From the IMG/VR virus record IMGVR_UViG_3300028025_000091, positions 96,001 to 160,000 of that record: DNA of 64,000 bases; one strand, given 5' to 3'. Of the stretch, positions 29,001-36,551 are shown piece after piece (positions within the stretch are counted from its first letter, which is position 1; every line of letters starts with the position of its first letter). The translations under genes were made by a program, and so were the position numbers. Origin of the DNA: a virus. The notes below the pieces were generated by a model. That model did no database searches. It had not been told where the DNA came from and saw only the letters and a program-made list of their open reading frames with translations.

Positions 29001-30208
29001 CAATCCCTCCAACATCATCATATATTTCCTGGTGCCCTTCAGGATCAACTGCTATTAGTGGAAGTCCATGTAATGGATGTTTAAAATCTGGAAGTATAAA
29101 TAGTACAATAGCATGTGGTAATTGTTTAGAATGTACTCATGGTTTATTATATAACGGATATGTAGTAGATAAAGGTAGTGCTCCTCTACAAGGACGTGGT
29201 CCTGGTGGAATTGTCAATACTGGATCAGCTAATGCTACCACTTGGGTTATACCAACCGAATCAGATTGGAATAACTTAGTAACTTTCTTAAACAATAATA
29301 CAGCACCTGTTGATGTAACTATAACAGGTAGTTTAGGAACAATTGCTGGTGGTAAATTAAAAGATTACACTAGAGATTTAGAAGCTACTTGTTGGGAAAA
29401 TCCAAATATTGGAGCCCAAACAAATACAGGTTCAAGTGGATGGACAGGAACAGCAGGTGGAAGACGTAAAGACGACGGTACATTTGAAGGTCTTGGATTT
29501 GAAGGATTATGGTGGAGTGCTAACTCGTTATCAACCCCACCAATTCAAAATGGAGCATTAATGGCCGCTCGCCGTTTAGAACACTATTCAGCTGATGTTT
29601 ATAGAGATATTTTCCCTAAAAGCTATGGTTGTTCAATCCGTTTAGTTAGACCTGCTACAACCGGTGAAACAAATGGAATGTTTATCCCGGATGCATATGT
29701 TGGTAAAAACGGAACCATGTATGATGGTATTGTAATTAATGATCAAGTTTGGATTGATAAAAACTTATCTGAAACATTATATAATAATGGTACTGCGATT
29801 ACAATTACTACCCCAAATGGTCTTTGGAGTTCAACCCCAGCAGTAGCAACAGCAACATCATGTTATTACGATAATAATGCTACTAATGCTAACATTTTAA
29901 ATGGAAATATAAACCCTGTAACTCAAGAATGTTATATCTTCCCAACATATTACATATATGAAAAATGTGATGGGTCTGAATTTTTAGTACAACCTGTTTC
30001 AGGTAGCACTACTACTGTAGGAAAAGTATTAAAAGATTCAAATTCAGATTGCTGGTCATTCTTTGAATCATCTGAAGGAATCCCAACATACCCTCACACA
30101 TATTCCACAACTAATTATTTCTCAGGAAGTAATGTGATATACAATAATTGTAATGAATGTGAAGCGATTCATACCATTTACATGAAATTTGGAACTAAAA
30201 ACTGTTAA
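26072..30208 (+). CDS. Large Cys-rich multidomain protein with FISUMP-like (Fibrobacter major paralogous) domain
   Basis: Three YxCxxxxCV...TxAxCxxxC repeats; GLLYNGY, IPTESDW, AGGKLK, GLWWS, GCSIRLVR, QVWIDKNL. Confidence 0.65.
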   Translation: MTTYSFIQYDVLNNLMSFKGTPTPGLKTLIKNNNSNISSIRDILQNDQYAGDTVVPTAASSAIISFLGATPEINLANSKTIILTIEIIDDTSIGNTVIVSKNLDGTKTVVTKGGLSLAIENIKPSKKWDTMGKCDNCLKFAFSSSNAYNFTGNLGGAWNGTFKNGQKVYEFYIPNYSSPVGFGSTELYRIYWKPNITYSGINYNGTPFTITNKHKWIATPASTMDVLNDNTFFHVLDNFDAPCPYALAPSWYNFFGKEGFFLLNSVPQTTQTKPCPNFIPTPGTVNWGYNCGTNGCVSSPSGSIGEFATLAACQVSCSLPTPPASSSNGYNCIDGDCVESQISGTFQYTTLAQCEASCSAPSPVTSSWYACTQNGCVQVPSGSAGAFVTQAECESICNIPVGGTPTTCSCDPDLSPVINPSFFLGSTGWTFSPSAFTPGIGSWDFSQGYAQAETGVTMSAQNTSSVSLTQANLFTLSCSYDVCFQAWTGNPTNNALITIDTGNYTTNLPQGTSPLTTVPTAYSFTINNIETNDLTLFFGLDITGSSARINVDNVCVTLIGCPPPPPPPSEGTGSVIPPEDCYITGSIYSYVSASYDCLCPEGYVSDGSGSCINNTPTIVLANSGLYTPSSISQSNIGWPQGNGNIIPGFSINQPSTLYAIDPTNVAGYIPAMVGMAQPILFYSWSFNGAGYSSTNNTSSFSGSSLVYNTQYTFDILKNNFWYQPDLGQNWTARWVAQLARQTTIGTPSNGFPSNDRWTGMGTTISASSAKTYYIGIIGQGAMKIKLDGNTILCTSPSVTNTPLYNQATYPAYAQNGYARYPNYPYGLYNWGVLPSPLFGFNNTLTSSISSSYFDFYFQNAGPEYAFVDPPNTFAGNGKFLSAYNLYLYPVTMSAGCHQINIEANPDNFKYCISYQGFLGGIILDNTAEQLVSASNYNDLNIVWDSTYLDPITSSFLGYSNNNAITESYYLYTYDVTTIPPTSSYISWCPSGSTAISGSPCNGCLKSGSINSTIACGNCLECTHGLLYNGYVVDKGSAPLQGRGPGGIVNTGSANATTWVIPTESDWNNLVTFLNNNTAPVDVTITGSLGTIAGGKLKDYTRDLEATCWENPNIGAQTNTGSSGWTGTAGGRRKDDGTFEGLGFEGLWWSANSLSTPPIQNGALMAARRLEHYSADVYRDIFPKSYGCSIRLVRPATTGETNGMFIPDAYVGKNGTMYDGIVINDQVWIDKNLSETLYNNGTAITITTPNGLWSSTPAVATATSCYYDNNATNANILNGNINPVTQECYIFPTYYIYEKCDGSEFLVQPVSGSTTTVGKVLKDSNSDCWSFFESSEGIPTYPHTYSTTNYFSGSNVIYNNCNECEAIHTIYMKFGTKNC

Positions 30209-30226
30209 TATATAAAAAAATAAAAA

Positions 30227-31789
30227 ATGGCATTCAATTATAATACTAATATCAAAAACATTTTATTATCAATGTCCCTTAGCCCGTATTTACCTACGGG
30301 CTCAAGTGTAGGATATGGTTTTAAAATGGCCTATAGTGGATCTAGAACAGGATCCCTTTCAGGGTCTATAACAATATATGATACTGGTTTAGTATCTACA
30401 GGAACCGCTTCATTACAAGTTTTTGTTCCCACATCTTCCTATTTAGATACAGGACTTATTTCCCAATCAATAGCTGCACTAGTAACTCAGTATACTAATT
30501 TCCCTACAGGTACTGCAGATGAAACTATTTCTACTCAAATTATTTATTCTCCTGGAGAAATTACACCTTTAGCTTGTAGCTCAACGTGTTATCAAGGAGA
30601 AACTTATCCATGGGTATGGGATACTCCAACATTAAACCCCCCAGAAATATATACTAGCTTAGTAAATAGACAAACTGTACGACCACTAAAAGGTGGTGTT
30701 TCAATTACATCAACTTCCCATTCAACACCATTTACAAATGGTACTGTTGGAACAATGGGTCTTATATGTCAAGATTCGGCATCTGGTGCTATAGTTGGTT
30801 TAACAAATAATCACGTAGTAATTAGAGATGCTTTTTATACTAGTCAAAGAACCTATACAAACCCACAAAACGAATATAACTTAAACGATTCAAGTACTAC
30901 AGTTCAAGGGGATTATGTATATCAAACAGGTGACTCCCAACCAGTAAATCCTGGAGGAGCAAATGAAATAGGTAGAGTATTAAGATATGTCCCTATTTAC
31001 ACCTCAGCTTCAATTGCAGCTAATCCTTCTTTAGTAAATAACGTAGATGCTGCTATATTTTCTTTATATTGTACTTCTAGTACAGGACAAACAATTATAA
31101 ATTTTTCTCAAGTAGGAGGTGAACAAGTAGGATTAACTTATGGATCTACAATTCCATTTGCATCAACTGTTGAAATTGACCAATTGATGAACTCAAACTA
31201 TGAACTTTTCAGTTCAGGTAGAACTACAGGACCTAAAGGTTCTCCTAGCACATTATGTCCTTTAAGAATACTTGGTTATAAATCATTCCCTATAAAATAT
31301 CCACTTCAAGGAGTTCAAACATTATCTTATTTTACAGATGTAATTGCGTTTGTTAAACCTAACAATAGTGCTTCTTATAACCCTGGTACAAGTAATTCAA
31401 TTGTTGATATTTGCCCTTGGCCAGTATGGGGTGGAGATTCAGGATCTACATTAATAGCTAATATTGGTGGTGTTTGGAAAGTTGTTGGTTTAGTATTTGC
31501 AGGAGATGGTCTTGCTTATAATCCTCAAACTGGTTCTCCAAGTGCTCTTTTACCAAATGGGACATTAGTACCATATCAAATAGCATCTTCAGTAGGATAC
31601 GCTTGCCGTATAGATCAAGTAGCAGCTCAATTAGGAATTAAAGCATGGACTGGGAGTGCAGCACCCGTGGTAGATCATAGTACAATCACATACAAAACAA
31701 TATCAGGAAGTAATAGTACTAAAACTTTAGTTTGTAGTGGTTCAACTTATTGGCAAGTTGGTCTTACAGAAAAACATAACATTTGTTAA
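30227..31789 (+). CDS. Trypsin-like (S1) serine protease domain protein
   Basis: GTMG, LTNNHV (His), VDAA (Asp), SGRTTG, GGDSGS (Ser), VVGLVFAG. Confidence 0.85.
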   Translation: MAFNYNTNIKNILLSMSLSPYLPTGSSVGYGFKMAYSGSRTGSLSGSITIYDTGLVSTGTASLQVFVPTSSYLDTGLISQSIAALVTQYTNFPTGTADETISTQIIYSPGEITPLACSSTCYQGETYPWVWDTPTLNPPEIYTSLVNRQTVRPLKGGVSITSTSHSTPFTNGTVGTMGLICQDSASGAIVGLTNNHVVIRDAFYTSQRTYTNPQNEYNLNDSSTTVQGDYVYQTGDSQPVNPGGANEIGRVLRYVPIYTSASIAANPSLVNNVDAAIFSLYCTSSTGQTIINFSQVGGEQVGLTYGSTIPFASTVEIDQLMNSNYELFSSGRTTGPKGSPSTLCPLRILGYKSFPIKYPLQGVQTLSYFTDVIAFVKPNNSASYNPGTSNSIVDICPWPVWGGDSGSTLIANIGGVWKVVGLVFAGDGLAYNPQTGSPSALLPNGTLVPYQIASSVGYACRIDQVAAQLGIKAWTGSAAPVVDHSTITYKTISGSNSTKTLVCSGSTYWQVGLTEKHNIC

Positions 31790-31804
31790 TGTAAAAATAA
31801 AAAT

Positions 31805-31814
31805 AATATTTATA
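31805..31814 (+). promoter_or_regulatory. Class-2 (putative late) promoter motif
   Basis: AATATTTATA upstream of 31828. Confidence 0.45.
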
Positions 31815-31827
31815 ATAAAACTCAAAC

Positions 31828-34296
31828 ATGGATTACGCAATTTGCTTAGATCAATTCTCAACTAACTTTGATGTTAATAATTTATCATCTAACGGTTTTA
31901 GTATTTACACAAACCTTGATAATTATACAACCCCAATAGCGCAAAATATCCCCTACCAGGATTTATTTGCACCTCCAATTGGAAACTGTCCTTTAGTAGT
32001 AACTCTACCTCAAGGGGCAACTCAATTAGTAGTAATTGATGCTTGTACAACTTTACCTACAAACATTGCTTCCATTTTTACCAACGGATCAAGTACCGCT
32101 AACAACTTGATCACTCAATGTTGTTATGCTATAATCAATGTTCCTACTCAATCTATTTCATGGTGTGATACGGCAGATTTAAGTTTTGATGTATTTAGTG
32201 CAAGTTTTGTAGGGCAAATTATAGCAGGAAACTTAAACAGCTCAATTGGATCTGTAACAGATTATACAATCGGTTGGTACAAAGATGGAGATTATTCATC
32301 CCCCGAATTTGTTTCGGGATACGGCAATGCATTTGTTCCTTACCAACTAACTCATCCATTAGCAGCAAATACAGCACCATATGTTACAGCAGGTGATTGG
32401 GAAGGTATTATTCACGATATAGCAATCAATGGAATTACTTATAGCAGTGTAAGTGGTTCTGCTAATGGAACTCCAATCCCTTTTATAAGCTGCTTTGGTA
32501 CAATTGTAGTAGCTCCTCTTACTTGTAATAATGGAACATTTCCATTACCATATACCCACCAAAAATCATTTACCGCCGCAGGAAATGGAGCCCCACCACC
32601 AATAATTGGTGCTACTTATGTACTTTCTGATACTACAAATTATTTTGCATATAGATTTGATGGATATAATGTTTGGGATGAACTCGAAATTAAATTTATT
32701 TCAGGTGATCCAAATAATACTGGAAATCCTTCTTTATATTCTCAACCTATTTACTTAGAAAAAGTCCAAATTGGTTTAGATGTTACAAACCCTAATACTA
32801 TTTCCCTTCCCCAAATTACTAATAATAATTATCCAAAAAAAATAAAATATAGTTACTATAAAAGAATATTTACCCTTACTAATATTTCTAGAAGTGCTAA
32901 TCCTTCTCTTCCTGATTCTTTAGAAATAAAAATATCACCAAACTCAACAAATAATCAAACCAATTGGAAACTTCAGATGCAATGTCTAGATACTTTTGAT
33001 TGTGATGAATGTTTAGATCAAGCACCACCCCCAATTTCTTATGTTGAATTGAATAAAGATTGTTGTAATACTATAATTCCTACAATAAAGATAAGTTCTT
33101 CTTGTGATTCTGGGTTTGATATATGGGATTCAAAACTCCTCACTTACGCCCCATCAACAGTTAGTCAGGGATACACAATGGGGGGTAGTTATTTAGCATC
33201 TACTTTTACCCCTACCCCCATAGAAATACCCCTTTCCTTCTACCCTCTTCAAGTCATCGCATCCACTTCATGTTACTCAACTGGAATAAATCCTTCAAAT
33301 CCATGTAGTCCTGCTACTCCTAACTCAATAATAAGTTACCATAAATCAGTAACAACTGTTAATGGACAGCTTCAAGGGATAATTTCCATGTCTTTTAATA
33401 ATCAGACGGATTATCAATTTTATAAAGATAAATTAATTGATGCAAAAAATTCATTAAATAATGGATTAAGTGTTGCTAATTTTAATTTTAATCCAACCCA
33501 ACCTCAATATTACAGCATGTTTAGGATATGGCTTCCAAAAACCACCGCTCCCTGTGGAGATGGGGTTATATATGAAGATTATTGGTTTCATCCTTCTACT
33601 AATATAACATATGTTGAGAATCCATCAAATAATTATTGGTCTATTACAATACCAATGCCTACAATAATAAATGGACTTCCTCCAAGTATTTGTTCTTCTT
33701 GTGATGATTACTCTTCTGGTAATACAACTATTATAAATGCTAGTTCTTTAGGAAGCCCTGATTTAGATGTAACTAATAATTATGGAAGTAAACTCCAAAC
33801 CCCAGTTGGATACCTACTTGTTAACTCTTACCCAGGAGGATATCAACCAAATGATATGATGTGGGATGTTGTAAATTCTAGACAAATGCCCTATTATTCA
33901 TGGAATACTCTTCCATTTATTTCATCTGTTTCATCTCCAACAGGATGGGTTAATTTACCTACATTAAATGCCAATCCATGTCCCTCTTTAGTATCTTCAA
34001 ATATGCCATATTCTACTAATGGATATCCCACTCTTACCCATGTAGGATTTTCAAATTATGGATATGATATACATTATTTTCTTAAATTCCCTAATTTAAC
34101 GGCTAGTGTAGATTGGTTCCAAATATATACAGGCGTTACCTCTTCTAATGGCGGGCATGTTGGTCCTCTGTATACACCATCCCCCCAATATATGATTTAT
34201 GAATATAGTGCTTCAATAGGTACAGTTTATTCATCTTCATATTTTATAAATGGTGCCCCAACATTAAATATTGAAACAACTTTTCCAAATTGTTAA
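31828..34296 (+). CDS. Large Cys/Pro/Ser-rich hypothetical (virion-type) protein
   Basis: 822-aa ORF, composition like neighbours, no family recognised. Confidence 0.6.
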   Translation: MDYAICLDQFSTNFDVNNLSSNGFSIYTNLDNYTTPIAQNIPYQDLFAPPIGNCPLVVTLPQGATQLVVIDACTTLPTNIASIFTNGSSTANNLITQCCYAIINVPTQSISWCDTADLSFDVFSASFVGQIIAGNLNSSIGSVTDYTIGWYKDGDYSSPEFVSGYGNAFVPYQLTHPLAANTAPYVTAGDWEGIIHDIAINGITYSSVSGSANGTPIPFISCFGTIVVAPLTCNNGTFPLPYTHQKSFTAAGNGAPPPIIGATYVLSDTTNYFAYRFDGYNVWDELEIKFISGDPNNTGNPSLYSQPIYLEKVQIGLDVTNPNTISLPQITNNNYPKKIKYSYYKRIFTLTNISRSANPSLPDSLEIKISPNSTNNQTNWKLQMQCLDTFDCDECLDQAPPPISYVELNKDCCNTIIPTIKISSSCDSGFDIWDSKLLTYAPSTVSQGYTMGGSYLASTFTPTPIEIPLSFYPLQVIASTSCYSTGINPSNPCSPATPNSIISYHKSVTTVNGQLQGIISMSFNNQTDYQFYKDKLIDAKNSLNNGLSVANFNFNPTQPQYYSMFRIWLPKTTAPCGDGVIYEDYWFHPSTNITYVENPSNNYWSITIPMPTIINGLPPSICSSCDDYSSGNTTIINASSLGSPDLDVTNNYGSKLQTPVGYLLVNSYPGGYQPNDMMWDVVNSRQMPYYSWNTLPFISSVSSPTGWVNLPTLNANPCPSLVSSNMPYSTNGYPTLTHVGFSNYGYDIHYFLKFPNLTASVDWFQIYTGVTSSNGGHVGPLYTPSPQYMIYEYSASIGTVYSSSYFINGAPTLNIETTFPNC

Positions 34297-34315
34297 ATAT
34301 AAAATAATAAAAAAA

Positions 34316-34346
34316 TTAGGCCCCTCAAAGGGGCCTTTTTATATTT
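34316..34346 (+). terminator. Intrinsic terminator nested in a class-1 promoter
   Basis: AGGCCCC-TCAAA-GGGGCCT-TTTT (34318-34340); TTAGG at 34316, TATATT at 34340. Confidence 0.75.
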
Positions 34347-34364
34347 CCCGTAAAAATAAGTTAT

Positions 34365-34859
34365 ATGATTCTTTTCACCTCCAAACAAATCCAAGACAAA
34401 GTAACAGAAATAGCCCATGCTATTGACTTCAAACATACAGTAGACGATGATGTAGTAATGATTTGTCTATTAAATGGTGGATTTATGTTCTTTAGTGATT
34501 TAGTAAAAAACATGTCAACGGATATTGAATGTGACTTTATGAGAGTAAAATCATATAATGGTCAAGAACAAGGTTTAATCCATATTACAAAAGACATTGA
34601 GACAAATATTGAAGGAAAAACAGTATATGTAGTAGATGACTTTTATGATACTGGAAATACTTTAGATATTGTTGTAGAACATTTATCTACCCACAACCCA
34701 AAATCAATTGAAATGATTACTCTATTGACTAGAGATATTTCCCCACTCCCAGAATATCCTTTACACTATGGTTTTATGATCCAAGATCAATGGGTAGTAG
34801 GTTATGGGATGGATAACAATAAAAAAGAGCGCAATTTAGATTACATTTATGTACTTTAA
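34365..34859 (+). CDS. hpt: Hypoxanthine/guanine phosphoribosyltransferase family
   Basis: LLNGGFMFFSDL, VKSY, VVDDFYDTGNT (PRPP loop), VVGYGMD. Confidence 0.9.
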   Translation: MILFTSKQIQDKVTEIAHAIDFKHTVDDDVVMICLLNGGFMFFSDLVKNMSTDIECDFMRVKSYNGQEQGLIHITKDIETNIEGKTVYVVDDFYDTGNTLDIVVEHLSTHNPKSIEMITLLTRDISPLPEYPLHYGFMIQDQWVVGYGMDNNKKERNLDYIYVL

Positions 34860-34889
34860 TTTGGATACCCAAAATATCCTTCATACATT
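34860..34889 (+). promoter_or_regulatory. Class-1 promoter
   Basis: TTTGG at 34860, TACATT at 34884. Confidence 0.65.
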
Positions 34890-34909
34890 CATACAAAATA
34901 ATAAGTTAT

Positions 34910-35608
34910 ATGTCAGAAAACAAACGTAAAAAACAGCACACAGATCTAGAATGTGTACAAATTGGTTTTGCAAATGGGGTTGCACCCGGTTTCCCACTTA
35001 CAGAACCAGAAAAATGGAAAATGGTAGATGAAGCAGAAGAAGCTTATGGTAAGTTCTTAACTGCATTAGGTGTAGATTGGGAAAACGACCCAAACTCATC
35101 TGATACACCTCGCCGTGTAGCCAAAGCCTATGTATTTGATTTATTTGCAGGTAGATATAATGCAATGTCAGATATTACTTCATTTCCATCAGACGGTTAC
35201 GATGGTATTGTAATCGAAAGAAACATTCCAGTTACTTCAATGTGTTCACACCACCACCAAACAATTGGAGGAGTAGTTCATATTGGTTATGTAGTTGGAA
35301 ACGAAGGACGAGTAATTGGTCTATCCAAATTGAACCGTATTGTAGAATTATTCGGTCGTAGAGGTGCTATCCAAGAACAATTAACTTCAGCAATCCACAA
35401 TGCAGTAAATAAAATTTGTGAGAAAAACAGAGGTGTAATTGTAACTGTAGTAGCAACCCACAACTGTGTATCTTGTAGAGGTGTTAAACACCAAGGTGCT
35501 TCAATGGTAACTACAAAAGCATCAGGTGTATTCTTGGAAAACGATAACCAAGCACGTAAAGAATTCTTCGATTCAATCAAAATTAATAACGGAGGACACC
35601 AGATATGA
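34910..35608 (+). CDS. folE: GTP cyclohydrolase I
   Basis: TPRRVAK, SMCSHH, GLSKLNR, QEQLT, HNCVSCRG. Confidence 0.95.
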   Translation: MSENKRKKQHTDLECVQIGFANGVAPGFPLTEPEKWKMVDEAEEAYGKFLTALGVDWENDPNSSDTPRRVAKAYVFDLFAGRYNAMSDITSFPSDGYDGIVIERNIPVTSMCSHHHQTIGGVVHIGYVVGNEGRVIGLSKLNRIVELFGRRGAIQEQLTSAIHNAVNKICEKNRGVIVTVVATHNCVSCRGVKHQGASMVTTKASGVFLENDNQARKEFFDSIKINNGGHQI

Positions 35609-36225
35609 CCAAATTAGAAACAACCCAATCTAAATTAATAGAATTGCTACTTGATCAAGTCATTAGTCTTTCTATGATGTCCAAAATCGAACTTGGAAAT
35701 GATGTGCTAGAAGAGCTTAACACGCTAAACAGAGAAATTTCCCAAATAAGAGAAAGCTATGTTCCATTTGTGTCAGAAGTTGAGGAATTTAATGCAGTTA
35801 TGGGAAAACCCAATAATTATAACCCGGTCATTCCCGAGGAGAAGGAGTGGATGTTTGTGTATAATTTCATTTTGGAAGAACTCGAGGAATATAAACATGC
35901 GTGTGAAACAGGCAATATTGTTGAAGTGCTTGATGCTCTATGTGACATTACCTACGTCTCGCTTGGTAACGGCGCTATGTTACATGGTCTTAAGGATAAA
36001 GTATGGCCTGCGTATCAAGAAGTACAAGCATCGAATCTTAGTAAAGCTTGTATTAGTGAAGAAGAGGCACAAGAAACCGTTAGAGTACGTTCCACAGAGC
36101 AAGAGGAACCATGTCACTATGAACAGGTTGGTAAATATTATATCGTCTATAGAACACGCGATCGCAAAGTCATGAAGAACATTAATTACTTCAGACCTGA
36201 TCTTACCCAATTTTTAAACAAATAG
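35605..36225 (+). CDS. MazG-like all-alpha nucleoside triphosphate pyrophosphohydrolase
   Basis: EELEEY, EVLDALCDITYV, VQASNLSK, KVMK motifs. Confidence 0.8.
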   Translation: MTKLETTQSKLIELLLDQVISLSMMSKIELGNDVLEELNTLNREISQIRESYVPFVSEVEEFNAVMGKPNNYNPVIPEEKEWMFVYNFILEELEEYKHACETGNIVEVLDALCDITYVSLGNGAMLHGLKDKVWPAYQEVQASNLSKACISEEEAQETVRVRSTEQEEPCHYEQVGKYYIVYRTRDRKVMKNINYFRPDLTQFLNK

Positions 36226-36227
36226 TT

Positions 36228-36536
36228 ATGAGAGAACCATTAGAAATTATTACTGAAATTAGAGGTTTTATATCGAGTCAAAACCCTATGAGATTTCCAC
36301 ATCAAGAAACAATTTTAATAAATCTACTTAATGAGTTGGAAGTAACATTATCTCCTATTGAAGAAGTAGGAGTTGAAGAACCAATTGTAGAGGTTGTTGA
36401 AGAACCAACAGAAGAATTTAATGAAGATATTAGTGAATCTCTTTCAAACATTTTATCTCTTTTAGAAAATGGAGCCACTGAAGAACCAATTGTAGAGGTG
36501 GTTGCACCTAAAAAAACAACAACTAGAAAAAAATAA
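36228..36536 (+). CDS. Acidic hypothetical protein with duplicated EEPIVEVV
   Basis: 102 aa; 21-bp direct repeat at 36374 and 36479. Confidence 0.55.
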   Translation: MREPLEIITEIRGFISSQNPMRFPHQETILINLLNELEVTLSPIEEVGVEEPIVEVVEEPTEEFNEDISESLSNILSLLENGATEEPIVEVVAPKKTTTRKK

Positions 36537-36551
36537 TTTAAAATAAAAGTT

